Of a DNA stretch of 64,000 bases, positions 1 through 13,087 are shown piece after piece (within the stretch, counting starts at the first letter, position 1; each line of letters starts with the position of its first letter). The translations under genes were made by a program, and so were the position numbers. This DNA comes from Tricharina praecox (taxonomy: Eukaryota), in NCBI RefSeq assembly GCF_024521635.1, contig NW_026250408.1, forward strand, positions 434,001 through 498,000, read 5' to 3'. The notes under the pieces were generated by a model, which ran no database searches, was not told where the DNA came from, and worked only from the letters and a program-made list of their open reading frames with translations.

Positions 1-346
1 GCGGAAGGCGGTGTTGGTGAGAAATAGTTATGGTCGGTGCTGAGTCTGAAATGGCGAGCCGAGGAGCGGCAGGCGGCTGTAGTGAAGGCGTGGGTTTTCT
101 TGCGCCTCATTCAGGCTGGTGGGTTCTGGTGAGTTGAGATTTGAATCAGGGTGTGAGTGAAGATGCCATTCAGAGTGACTGTTACGGCGTGGAGAGTTTC
201 CAGTAGTGAAGCTTGATAGTGGTGCAGAGTGATTATGCGCGATAAGCGCGGCCCAAGCTTTTGGGTGGAGAAGCAAGATATTGTCTTATTCCCATGCACT
301 CTACACAGCACGAGACTCAGGAAGGCAGCCAGAATAAGATGTTCAA

Positions 347-1177
347 TCACACGTTTCTATATACGGAGCTCATCTGTCGGTCCAAGTTCTTGATCTTCAG
401 CTCCATCTGCTCCCTCCTCTGTTCCAGCTGCCTAATCGCTTCTTCCTCCTGCTCCAACATCTCATCCGTTATGAAATCTTGCTCTTGCTGCGGCGCCGGC
501 TCCTCCTCCTCGGCATCCTCCACACCAGCATTGAGAATATCCAGCTGCTTCCTCTGCGCCTCTACAAGCGCCTCATAGATCACAATAGACTCGGACAACT
601 GCTCAAATCGCTGTCTCGCCGTCGCGATCCGTCTGCTTGCGCCAGGAATATGACTACCCGACCCCCATCGTCAGCCGACACCCTTCCGATCATCTAGATA
701 CCTCCCCTCGACTCCCCACACCTTCAAGGGGTACTTACAAAACACTAACGAGCTTCTCGGCACCCATCAACAGCAATTCCACATCCACGTCCCCCTGCGC
801 TGGATGACCCATAGCGCTACCGTGACCACCCGCGCCTCCGCGACGCAACTGCGCAATCATATCGCCGCCGAGAACGTTTTGCACAGCCGTGTTTTGCCGC
901 TGCTTGCGCTCTGCGGTGCCAGCGCGTGTCGCCGTTGGCATCGTGAATAGCGCGCGCTCTTGTACATCGCTGTCGCGGAGGAGGGAGACGATGTTGGTGG
1001 AGTGGAGGATCGCTATGTATTCTTATCAGCTCCCGTCATTTCGAACCCGGATCAAAGAGTGAGGACTGGACGGCACAGACCATTGGTGAAGATCTTAGGG
1101 GGCGCGAAGTGGAGGGATGTGATGTTGGATGCAGATTGAGAGATCTGCGCAAGGGGCTGCGCGAGGAGCGAATCCAT
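347..1177 (-). CDS. SPC34: DASH/Dam1 complex subunit Spc34 (3 exons)
   Basis: Spliced translation MDSLLAQPLAQISQSASNITSLHFAPPKIFTN|AILHSTNIVSLLRDSDVQERALFTMP...QNTAVQNVLGGD...DVDVELLLMGAEKLVSV|FHIPGASRRI...SESIVIYE. This matches the fungal Spc34 pattern (PPKIFTNA, LIRD.E..ERALF, NTAV..VLGG, VDV..LL.GAEKL). Both introns are GT-AG with CTGAY branch points. Confidence 0.85.
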
Positions 1178-1507
1178 ATCTGTATCGACCCGTGAGGTGG
1201 GGAGGTCGTGGAGTTGCTGTTGTCGACGTCGTCGCGTGGGGTCACATCACATGCATGCAGATCCCACGTCAACGCGGTGCGGCAACGAGTGACTAAGTAA
1301 AGTACCTACATACAAACCGCATGCAAGCGCGTTAATGTGCAAGTTGGCGACCGGTAGATTTCGAGATAGGTTCCTGTGGGCCCACAAGGGTGCTGTATTC
1401 GGCAATTACTCCACATTACTCCAGCCACAGCCACACATGAAAAAAGTATTGGCGTTGTGAAAGAGAGGAAAGCAAATGGCGCATGCGGGTGTGAGTGAGT
1501 CGTCGCG

Positions 1508-1678
1508 CTGACAAAAATAATGTTCTTTCTCTCCGACCATCGCGGCGCCGGCAGGAAAGATTGTTGTGGTCACGCAACAAAACAAACTAATGTTCTCTCT
1601 CTGACAAAAAACCGTCTCCGCGCTGGCAGGAAAGATCGTTGTGGTCGCGCAGCAAAAAATAATAATTGATGTTCTCTC
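1508..1678. repeat. Diverged tandem duplication (~75 bp unit) inside the Mutator-like element
   Basis: GGCAGGAAAGAT(T/C)GTTGTGGTC(A/G)CGCA occurs twice and ATGTTCT(T/C)TC three times. Confidence 0.75.
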
Positions 1679-2071
1679 CTAGCTCCACCACTGGTTTACA
1701 GAGTCCATCAAATTTTCTACAATCTCCTGGTGTTCTGCGTCTACAAAACGGTCTTCTTCTATCATATCATGGACAGCATAAAGCTGTTGGTTAAGACGTT
1801 CCCCTAGTTCGCGTAGCTGAAGAACGATTCCCGTCACAGTGATCGGTTTGTCCACCGTATGATACGCGTAACTTTGATTCGGACCTGACAGAGTCCAGGC
1901 TGCCATTACTGTAATTTCGCCGTTCCTCCGTGTTTACAAGCGTTGAGTTTGGCGTACACTGTACTTACAAGTGGCCGGTACGCGTCGTATTCTTCCTTTG
2001 TCAGAAGAACAGGCGCGTGGAGATTAAACAATTTGTCGCACCAGATCAGTGTTCTGGGGAGTAGGTAGAAG

Positions 2072-2225
2072 CAGTGTTCTACATAGACCAGTCCCGACCA
2101 AACCTGGCAAGGTCTGGTCGGTCGGGATATATCCCGACCAAAAAACAACTTGGCCTGGTCGGGTCGAGCTATATCCCGACCGACCCGTCCGGTCGGCCGA
2201 CCGGTCTGGTCTATGTAGAACACTG
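2072..2225. mobile_element. hAT-type MITE (154 bp), nested in the Mutator-like element
   Basis: Perfect 20-bp TIR: CAGTGTTCTACATAGACCAG (2072-2091) / CTGGTCTATGTAGAACACTG (2206-2225). Perfect 8-bp TSD GGTAGAAG (2064-2071, 2226-2233). Internal CCGAC/GTCGG repeats. Confidence 0.95.
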
Positions 2226-3044
2226 GGTAGAAGTCATGATGAAGTAGTGGCGACAATAGATGGTATCGTGTTTGTTGTAGGTAGTAACGAGGACAAAAGT
2301 TCGAGTATCTGGTGAGAGTTTGTTGGGTGGTACGGGTTTGTTGTGTGGTGAGTGTACAGTAGAGTAGAGTTGCGCGTGCCGTGAGCATTCGCCCACCCTT
2401 TTTCCACGACGCCAATATTTTTTATTTTATTTTTTAATTATTTCTAATGTGTGGCTGAGGCTGAGGTGATTCCGCATAGGGTAGAAATCAACGACCCTTG
2501 TGGGCCCACAGCAACCAATCCCTGGATTTCGGGCGACTGCCCTACAAACACCGAGTATGTATACATAGAAGAGAACGCTTGCTGATCAGGACTGCTGTCC
2601 GTTCGCTTCTAGGTTCCGCTGTATATTTATGTGGAAAGATGCCCATAAGGTTGGAGTCAAATTCGAACCGGTCGGCTGGGATTTAGCTACCATTTTACCG
2701 CCACTTGTATGCACGTTTGGCTTTCATGCATTTACGCGTTCCCCTAGCACGATATAAGAGAATTGTGGTATCGGTCGTCCTGGTAGGTGAATCGTCAATC
2801 ACTCAACTGTGATCCAATACTTTGAAAACAGGTGGGGCTCGAGCGTAACTGCGGGCGAGAGAGGTTGCCAAGATGTCACTCACGTAAAGTTTGTAGAGTC
2901 GGGCTTGTGCGCCAGTCCACACGGGCTGCTTGATTGATCGCGTCGCGTCGAAAGTGGGCGCGCTTCTGCAGGTTGTAACCCCTCCACCTCCCCGAGCTTC
3001 AATACCTACAGAACACAAACACCGCCGAGCACACACCGCCAACA

Positions 3045-6000
3045 ATGGCGCCAAAAAAACGACGACAGGAGTTCACCTCCGACAACGATGAGGAAGACGA
3101 AGATGCTTCCTTCAACTCCGATCGAGAAGATGATGAGGAAGAGCGGTCCACCGCTTCGGTACGATTCCCTTTGCATGACTGTGTAGCAAGATACTAAGTC
3201 TCATTTGTGCTGTTGTAGGCATCGAAACGACCACGTCTCGATATTCCCCGAACTCCTTCTAGCGAAGAAGCGAACCAGAGCGAGGAGGAATCACGCCCTT
3301 CGTCACAGGCCGACGATGACGAGGACTTGGAAGAGGTGTTGACACAGGCTGCTGAGCTACGGAAGAAGAATAATGGAGCCAATGTACTGAGGCCCTGCGT
3401 AGGGAGGTGCGTTCGATTCGTATGCTAACAGTGTCTTAGACCGTAGCGGAAGGAGGCGTCATCAAGCAGGTCATTTGCGAAAATTTTATGGTGAGTCGAC
3501 GCCGAAGATGGAGCTGGTGAGAGGTCGAATGGGTGCTCACATGGAAGTAGTGTCATGATTACTTGGACATTCCACTCGGCCCCTGCATGAACTTCATCAT
3601 TGGTCACAACGGCAGCGGAAAGAGTGCTGTGCTCACGGCACTTACCCTCTGCCTCGGAGGAAAAGTTCTTGCGACAAACCGTGGCACATCACTCAAGAGC
3701 TTCATCAAGGAAGGACGGGGGTAGGTTTGATTCCTCTGATTTGTTTGCGCATACTAATCGATGGTCGATAGCACCGCGAGGGTTACCGTGAAACTGTCGA
3801 ACGGCGGCGATGGCCACAGAGTGGATGCGTATGGTGATGTCATAGTCATCCAGCGAGTATTCAGCCGCGATGGTGGGAGCAGTTACCTTCTTAAGTCGAA
3901 GGCTGGAAAAGTTGTGTCGCGGAAGAGGGAGGAAGTCGACGCGATCACCGATTTTTACGGTTTGCAGGTGGACAACCCAATGACCATCCTTACCCAGGAC
4001 AACGCCCGAGCGTTCTTGAACGAGTCAACAAATGCCCAGAAGTACAAATTCTTCAACCAGGGTGTTCAGCTCGAGCAGTTGGACCAAGACTACTCTCTCA
4101 TTGCAGTCGCCATTAAGAACGCCGAGGCGATGCTTGAGCTCAAGAAGGAGGCCGTGGCAGCCCTCAAAAAGAAACGAGATCAAGCGAAGGAGACGGTCAA
4201 ACAGTTCGATTCGCAAGCCTCGCTGAACCAGAGATACGACGACCTCGTCAACCGGAGTGCTTGGCTTCAAGTCCGAGATCGTAAGGCAGCCCTCAAGGCT
4301 CACGAAGACGTGATGGAGATACACGCCCGGAAGATCGCTGCGGCGGAGAAGGAACGAGATAAGGCTTCAGCCGACTTCGATGCAGCCAATCTTGAACTGG
4401 AAAACATCAAAGCCCAAATCGAGGAGGCGACAACCCTGCTAGAACCGATCGAAGACGAGAAGGCGCAGAAGAAGGAGCAGCTGAGCAACAACAGAAGCGA
4501 GCTGTTAGAGTACCAGGTATTCCTCTATCTTTCAATAATCAATTATCAAAGATATTAATACTCATCTACAGCGCCAACAACGTGAGACGAAGGGAGAGAT
4601 GGTCAAAACGGACAGGAAAATTGCTGAGTGCAAATCAAAAATCCGTTCCGAGGAAGACCGACTAGAAGAGCAAAACGGAGGAAGCAGTACCCGTTTGATG
4701 GATTCAATCAAAGCTTTCCAAGTTGAGGTTGATGACCTGAAATCGCAACGGTCCCAAATCGAAGCAGGACGAGAGGATAGAGGCCTTGACCACCACGCGG
4801 CAGTCCAGGCGAAAAACGAAGCCGAGACTCGGGTCAGTGCCAAACAGAAAGAAATTGACTCCAAGCGCCAATTGTTCGAGCGGCTTGATCGAGCCGGCTC
4901 GGATCCGCTGGGGGGCTTTCACCCTAAGATGAAACATCTGCTGGATGCTATCGATAATGAGCGAGGCTTTCGGGAAAAACCCATTGGTCCGCTCGGGATG
5001 TACATGAGTCTCAAGAAGCCACAATGGTCGAGCATTGTCGAGAAATTCTTCGGGAATAAGGTGAATGGGTTTGTCGTGGCTAGTCATGAGGATGGCAAAT
5101 TGCTGGATAGGGTCATCAAACGTGCCGGGCTTTCGAACGTCCCGTACTTCGTTGTACCACGCGAGAAGATAACCATCGAGGAACCAGCGGCCAATTACGA
5201 CACTATGCTTAGGGTCCTGGATATCAGGAACGAAGCGGTTCGCACCCAGTTGATCATCTTCAGCGGCATCGAACAGGTCGTCCTGATCGAGAACTTGCGC
5301 GAAGCTAATAACGTTATGGCTGCCAGAAGTCCCGAAGACCGTATCTCCAGCTGCTACGCGCTCAATCGCTCAAGGCCTGGCTGGGGCCACAAAGTTGGCG
5401 GTAGTTACGGTGTGATGAGTGTAACACCTATCTCCCCGTGGTCGGGCATGGCTCGAATCAAGTCACAGGGAATGGATCAACGCGAGACTGTTCGAACTAG
5501 TATCAGATACCTGGAGGAGGAATTGCGGGTGTTGCAGTCCGCTGCACATTCAGCAGGAACCGTTGAGGTCGAACGTCGTAGAGCCGTACAGTCAGCAGAG
5601 AGTCGCCGTAAAGAGCTTGTGATTGAGATCCAACGTAAAGAGGAGAAGATTGAGCGTTTGAACAATAAGATCGAAGAGATAGCCGTGGATGGTGAACTCA
5701 ATGTTCTCCAACAGGACCTCAAGGTGGGATCGAGAATTCCCTGGCTAAACATACATATATGCTGAGAAAAGAAATATAGTTGGCCGAGGAGGATAGGGAG
5801 CATGGCGAGAACACCTATCGCGATCTGGAAACGAACATTGCTCGGATGAATGCAGCCCAGGCCGTCATCGAAGGGGAACTCCGAAGCCTTCAGCAAGATT
5901 TGGATCGTGCTACGCAACAGGTCAAGTCAATTCAGGTTCGTATCCCTTCACACTATCTAATGGTTTTCTAAACATCCTGAAGGACGAATACACTCGCATC

Positions 6001-7172
6001 AACGGACGGCGGACGAAAGCCCTATCCAGGAAGAACGATTTGCTGGCCAAACTAGATCAGTTTGAAGCTGTCGAGCAGGAACTCCAAGCTAAGAAAGAGG
6101 AGTTAAATGAGATGCTTCAGGTTCCTCTCCCGCCCCTTTCCATTACTCCTCGAAGAGTTCCGGCCCACTAACTGTAACAGACCCACACCGACCAGGCACA
6201 AGGGGTCTGCGACGAGGTCCCCGTCCCCGACACGGAGACGATGGCAACTTTGGACAAAAAGCTTACGAAAGTCAGAAATGACATCCTTACTTCCGAAAAG
6301 AGGTGAGTTGGCAGTCCAGAGAAGCACGGAAACAGTGTTAATGGCCTCGTAGGATTGGATGCAGCAAAGAGGAAGCAGTCAAGGCACTCCTCAAGTTCCA
6401 GAAAGACTACGAGGCGTCGAAGAATGAGTGGGCCGATAACGATAGACTTCTTGTGGTATGTTGCTTCTGCTTTTGGGAGAAATCATGGCTGATTTGACTG
6501 TAGATGGCAACAAATGTCATGATGGAGCGGAGGCGCCGATGGGAACTCTTCCAGAGTTTCATCAGTATCCGCGCCCGGGCTCAGTTTTCCCATCTAATGT
6601 CGGAGCGAGCTTTCAAGGGTCGTCTTAGGTTGGAGCACAACGAGCGCCCGCCGCAGCTTATCATCGAGGCCGGACCTAGTGGCGAAAAGTCGGGAAAGCG
6701 GGGACCCAAGACTCTGTCTGGCGGTGAACGGTCTTTCTCGACCATCTGTCTTCTGTTGGCTCTCTGGGAGGCAATGGGCTCCCCACTGCGCTGTCTGGAC
6801 GAATTGTGAGTTCTCTCCATGTGCTGTTGGTGCGTTCTGTCGGACTAATGTTTTGGTAGCGACGTGTACATGGACCATATCAACCGAAGTATCAGTGTGG
6901 AGATGATGGTAAGCAGTCTACCACCACGAGATATTGCTTTCCCCGAGATTGACATCCGCACAGCTTAAAGCCGCCGAACGTTCGGCCGGCAAGCAGTTCA
7001 TTCTGATCACTCCGCAGAATATGAACCAGGTGACGAGCACTCGCTGCAAGATCTTCCGGTATGCTGGCCTCACCTCGTTATTCCTTCCGTCTTGGGACAC
7101 CATAACTAACTACTACCTCACAGCCTGAGTGACCCAGAGCGTGATGGACGCCTCCAGACGAGGATCGCCTAG
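3045..7172 (+). CDS. SMC6: Structural maintenance of chromosomes protein 6 (Smc6/Rad18 S. pombe type), multi-exon
   Basis: N-terminal head ENFM|CH...[25 protein letters not shown]...[13 protein letters not shown], then [17 protein letters not shown], a hinge (KPIGPLG), coiled coils, and the C-terminal signature [36 protein letters not shown]...QFILITPQ. Confidence 0.95.
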
Positions 7173-8514
7173 AGTACACTGGATGGCCATGATAGAATAG
7201 AGCATGTCTTGTTTGCTGATGCAATGTGAATTCGGTCAGATGGTGTTTTGTCTGTTTTTTCTGGCGTCTAGTGGTTTTGTGGCATAGATAGTAGTTCATA
7301 GTTCGATGTGTCCCTTTTTCTTACCCTTTCGACACGATGTCTTTTCTTTTTCCTCAGGGTTGACTACTATTTCTTTGGTCTTGGCCCCTTTGGCACTCTA
7401 GCTTCTCGGATTTCAGTGGGAATATGTAGACGCTGCTTCCTAGAGCATAATCACCGTTGCGCCACAACGCCACAACGTAGCTAATACACAAACATAGCCG
7501 GTGGTGCCCATGAAAGAAGCAGACAGTCGGTCGTGATACCGATTTTGGACGTAAACAGAGCAACATCAGCAGCGAGCCGTTGGAGTTGAGAGCAGCATCT
7601 GTGGTTACTCGAAGGTGTGCCCGCTGCCAAGTTTTGCGGTGAGGCGCTGTACGACGGGCACTTGGCCCCTTCCCTTCATTGAGAGAGCCATAGAAAGAGG
7701 CAGCTGGGCCTTTCCTGTCTTGCGCTCGGCTCTCTCGTTCTCACTCACCCTCACTCTCACCTCTCACCCACCAATCCAAACCTCATCATCCCATCCCTCC
7801 ACCGCCAACTACCCTACCCACTACAACCCTCAAACTCCCCCCTCCATCAACCTCTCAACATCACCAACAGCAACAAATAACAACAACAGCAACAGCAACA
7901 ACAAGAAACTCCCTACGAGTTCCTCAATCCGGTACAAGCAACTCCAATATAGCCTTCGACTTCCACCCCCACTTCTGTGGTTTGACGAATCGACAACTCC
8001 TTCCTCGCTCAAAGACAACACTTTTCCTCTTACTTCCCGTTCGTCGACCTCTTCGCTCTCTGTTCCTGTTCCTGCCCTCTCAGCCCCTTCACGCACACGC
8101 CCGAAGAGCATACTCATCTCTCTCCCGCCCGCTACCACTCGACTACTCCTCACCCCCACCCCCGCCAGTCGAGACCGGTCGATCTTTTGTTCTCACACCT
8201 CATCGTTGTAGTCACCCGCTTCTCTGTCCTCCTACGTCGGCGCTAGCAGCAGGTACCGCCTTTGAAAGGGAACTTACACATCTCCATTGCATCAACTCCG
8301 CATCAACCCTACCACTCTCGACAACGTATCACCGCCACTACCACTACCACCACCATATATCCAATCGAACCTCGTCCGCCGAATTCCTCACGAGATTGCC
8401 GGCTCTTTCACGTATCATCAAGTCTCCGTTTTGACGACTCCTACTCGGATCATCCCCACCCTCCGCCTTCCCCGCTTCCCCGGCCTGAACACTTGCAACA
8501 CACGATACCTCCCA

Positions 8515-10304
8515 ATGGCGACCAATCTCGCGGAACAGCTTGAGAATACCTCATTAGGGTTTGTTGTTGACCGCTGTCGATGCTGGAACTTATGCTGAGT
8601 ACCATTGGACGCGCAGGGGTGACGACTGGAAGGCGCAATTGAAGGCTCCTACAAAAGACTTGAGGCCACAGACAGAGGTATCCATGCCACCTCACAATGC
8701 ACAACAAGTGACAGTTTATACTAACGGATTGAAAGGATGTCACCAACACGAAGGGCCTGGAATTCGAGGATCTATACATCAAGCGTGAACTGTTAATGGG
8801 GATTTTCGAGGCTGGTTTCGAAAAGCCCTCGCCTATACAAGAGGAAACTATACCCGTTGCTCTAACTGGCCGAGACATCCTTGCTCGAGCAAAGAACGGC
8901 ACTGGCAAGACTGCTGCATTCGTTATCCCCGCACTAGAACGAGTCAACCCCAAGAGCCCAAAGACCCAAGCTCTGATCCTTGTGCCCACCAGAGAATTGG
9001 CCCTGCAGACGTCGCAGGTTTGCAAGACACTGGGCAAGCACCTGGGCATCAATGTCATGGTCACGACTGGAGGAACAGGATTGAAGGACGACATCATTCG
9101 TCTAAACGAGGCTGTACATATTCTCGTCGGCACACCAGGAAGAATCCTCGATCTTGCCGGTAAAGGCGTCGCCGATTTCACAGAATGCCCCACTTTCATC
9201 ATGGACGAGGCAGACAAGCTGCTGAGTCCCGAGTTCACTCCCATCATCGAACAACTCCTCGCATACTTCCCCAAGGATCGCCAAATCATGCTCTTCAGCG
9301 CTACATTCCCGCTTGTTGTAAAGAGCTTCATGGTAATTGACTGTGCTGCGGTCACTTCCTACTTGGGCTGAGCTGACTGGCAATCGCAGGATAAACACCT
9401 GAGCTCACCTTACGAGATCAACCTCATGGACGAACTTACCCTTCGTGGTGTAACCCAATACTATGCTTTTGTGGAAGAAAAGCAGAAGGTCCATTGTCTC
9501 AATACCCTTTTCTCAAAGGCAAGTTGTGACCCTTTTGGATCTTTCCAGAGAGCTATAGCCTAATTAACTTCTCAAACAGCTACAAATCAACCAATCTATC
9601 ATATTCTGCAATTCGACAAACCGCGTCGAGTTATTGGCCAAAAAGATTACTGAGCTTGGATACTCCTGCTTCTACTCGCACGCAAAGATGTTGCAGAACC
9701 ACCGTAACCGTGTCTTCCACGACTTCCGAAACGGCGTTTGTCGCAACTTGGTCTGCTCCGACCTTCTCACCCGTGGTATCGACATTCAAGCGGTCAACGT
9801 AGTCATCAACTTCGATTTCCCAAAGAATGCCGAGACCTACCTCCATCGTATTGGTCGTTCGGGCCGATTCGGGCATCTGGGTCTGGCCATCAACCTGATC
9901 AACTGGGATGACAGGTACTTGAAGCGCATCCGTACTCTCGGTGACGTAAGAAGCTGACTTTTCTGCAGGTTCAACCTCTACAAGATTGAGCAGGAACTGG
10001 GAACCGAAATTCAACCCATTCCCCCGATCATCGACAAGAGTCTCTATGTTTACGACTCACCAGAAACAATTCCTCGCCCTCCCCCTGCCCCTCAACAGCA
10101 GAATACGCGATCCAACCAGCAGCAGCCCGGTGGTCAGCAACAGCTTCAGCAGTCAAGGAACGGTGGCCAGCAGCCTCCCGCCGGACGATCCAACCAGCAG
10201 AGGCCTCGACAATATCAGCAGCAGGGTAGCAACCAAGGCCAGTATCATTCACAGAACGTCGCGCCCCGGGAGCAGCAGCAGCAGCCTCGGGAGCAGCAGC
10301 AATC

Positions 10305-10350
<46 letters not shown>

Positions 10351-10440
10351 CGCAGACCACCTCGGTTCAACAATCAGCAACAGAGGTCAAACGGCTTCTC
10401 GTCGGCGGATTCTGGAACTGCCCCTCCACGGGGTCAGTAG
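8515..10440 (+). CDS. DHH1: DEAD-box RNA helicase Dhh1/DDX6 with Q-rich C-terminal tail
   Basis: [62 protein letters not shown]. Poly-CAG tract at ~10270-10345. Stop TAG at 10438-10440. Confidence 0.97.
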
Positions 10441-11808
10441 TCCAGATACCATCAGCAAGAAATGGTGGGGAGTGGAGGTGGGCGGGGGGTTGAGGGGAAG
10501 AGGAGGGTGGATACCGGATGTTCTTGGCCGCAAGTGATTCAACATTTTCCCGTTCGACAGTATGTGGATGGTCTGATGGATTACCTGTGCTGATTGCGCT
10601 GTACATTATGTGATTTTCTTTGTGTCTGAGCTTTTACGTCTGGTAATGTTTGGGGACGATGGTCGGTGTGGTTTTTTTTACTTTCTTTTCACTTTGGGTT
10701 TTGTATTAGTTGGGTTCTTTTTTTCTGGGGAATCCGGGTTGGGATTGGCACGACTGCGATGATGGGATTCGGTTGGTAGGCGCATGGAATTTCCGTCACT
10801 TCTGGTTTTCATTTCTTCTTTGTCGGCTCCGGAACTTCGGGCTCAGGCTTCACTTACGCATTGTGGATGGATCGGATTTAGCATTTGTGGGGGGAAGTGG
10901 AAGGGTACGGTGGATGGTTGATAGCAAGTGGAGGAGTTAGTGCTTGCTGTGGATGTTGGGATGGCGCTGTGGATGTTGGGAGGGCGCTGAGGATGTCCGT
11001 TGGATGGACGAGAAGTGTTGGGCGCCATCTTGCTTGCGCACAGATTAAGAGGAGAGTGAGACTCCTTTACCTTGACAGAACTGACTTCAGTGGGTTTATT
11101 CCTGGGCATCAACCTCGGAATCGGCATCATCGACGTTTTTCTGTCCTTTGTCTTATACGACGACCCCTTTACGGACCAAACGGACGGACAGCATTCTTGC
11201 TTTCTCTCCCACATCAATACACGATTTACACCATACACCATACACATACTCATTATTCGAACGATGCGATCACAGACCGGCTTTTCAGTGGGGCATCTTG
11301 TGGCTATGGAATCGATTGGACCTGAAGGGAACAGTTTGCACACAAAATCTATAAAAAAAAGAGGATGGATAGGTGGGACGGAGATGATCTTCTTAGCCTG
11401 CCCTCGGCTTCTGGGATGGAAAGCTCAGGAATTGGATGAGAAGGGAAGAAATAGTTGCAGTGGAGATTGGCCGTCGATGTTGTCTCGTACTTAACTTACC
11501 TTTTCTGCTTCTGTTTCTGTTTTTTGGAGCTTTTTCTGCTGGATGTTGCTTCTTGTATGGGGCTGTAACTAGAGATCTCTGTCAATGCGAAATACCCGTC
11601 TTCCATCTGAATTTTGTTCCTGAATTCCGGGGCTGAGGAGGAAGCGTCCCCGCCATGCCAAGTAGCCGAGCACTGGCTTCATGCAGTCGGATAAGCCTCA
11701 GCCATCATCGACTTTCTTGCCTTGCCGATAACTGAGTTAGATTGATCCATACTTTTGGTGCCTGTCATCTCTCACGACGCCCCACCACGCACACGATCAC
11801 TGCCTAGC

Positions 11809-12842
11809 ATGGCCGCCTCCAAAAGCGAAAAGGTCCACCCCACCCCACCCCACTCCAACCCAGCCACGCACTCTAACCCGCCCAGTAGCCCAGCGTCCTC
11901 CGCTCCCTCCTCGCCGGCGCCACCGCCGGCGCAATCGAGATCAGCATAACGTACCCGTTCGAATTCGCCAAAACTCGCTCACAGCTCAACCGGCGTCTCG
12001 GCGCGGGGGAGAAGCTCCCATGGCCCAAATTCGGGAAAGAGTGGTACGCCGGCTGCACCACCTCGGTCGTGGGCAACAGTGTCAAGGCCGGAGTCCGCTT
12101 CCTGGCGTTCGATGCGTACAAGGAGATGCTGGTCGATGAGGACGGGCATCTGAGCGGTCCGCGTACGGTGCTGGCTGGGTTCGGGGCTGGTGTCACGGAG
12201 AGCGCACTCGCCGTCACCCCGTTCGAGAGTATCAAGACTCAGATGTGAGTTCTCTCTCTTTCTCTCTCGCTCTCTCCCAGGCGGGGGTTTGGGTGAACAC
12301 CCGTGGTAGGTAGGTAGGCTAGGCTGACGAAGAGCTTCAGCATCGACGACCGCAAGCGTGCGCAACCGCGGATGCGTGGCTTCCTGCACGGCTCCGCACT
12401 GATTTTCCGCGAAAAGGGGGTCGCCGGGTTCCTCCAGGGGTTTGTGCCCACCACCGCGCGCCAGGCCGCCAACTCCGCCGTCCGTTTCGGCTCCTACACG
12501 ACTCTGCGGCAGTTCGCGGCGGGGTACACTGCCCCAGGGGAGAAGCTCGGCGGCATGACTACCTTCGGAATCGGTGCTATCGCGGGATTGATCACTGTCT
12601 ACTGCACGCAGCCGTTGGATAGTGTGAAAACCCGCATGCAGAGCATTGAGGCTAAGCAGATGTATAAGAACACGCTGCATTGCGCGGTCAGGCTGTATAA
12701 GGAGGAGGGCGTGAGGGTGTTTTGGAGTGGGGCTACGCCGAGGCTGGCGAGGTTAATGGTGTCCGGCGGGTTGGTCTTTACGTTTTACGAGAAGGCTATT
12801 GAGTTCTTTGACCGCGTGGATCCAGGGAAGAAGTACATCTAG
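11809..12842 (+). CDS. CTP1: Mitochondrial citrate/tricarboxylate carrier (3 exons)
   Basis: Three carrier motifs (TYPFEFAKTR, TPFESIKTQ, TQPLDSVKTRMQ), plus GNSVKAGVRF, RQAANSAVRFGSY and GATPRLARL, typical of Ctp1. Confidence 0.9.
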
Positions 12843-13087
12843 GGGATAGATAGGACTTGGAAGAGGGGATATACCATAGAATAGACAAAAGTTTGAACGG
12901 AATTTGTACTCGATGCTCGAAAGCTCAGGATCCGTGATAACTCGTGATCCACCATTCCATGCTCGAGTCGCTTGTGTAGATAGATAGACGCGAACTGCTA
13001 GTAACTACCACGCATAGAGTATCTAGAGCAACCCACCTAGCTCCAGTCACGTCACCCCACCAACCCCACCAATCCTCACAACCCACC

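Larger units (their letters stand above)
1363..2522. mobile_element. Non-autonomous Mutator-like (long-TIR) DNA element, about 1.16 kb
   Basis: The left end GAGATAGGTTCCTGTGGGCCCACAAGGGT matches the reverse complement of the right end, GGGATTGGTTGCTGTGGGCCCACAAGGGT. Inverted similarity continues ~100 bp inward (CAGCCACACAT...TATTGGCGT.GTG). The flanks TAGATTTC (1355-1362) and TGGATTTC (2523-2530) form a 1-mismatch TSD. No transposase is present. Confidence 0.8.
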
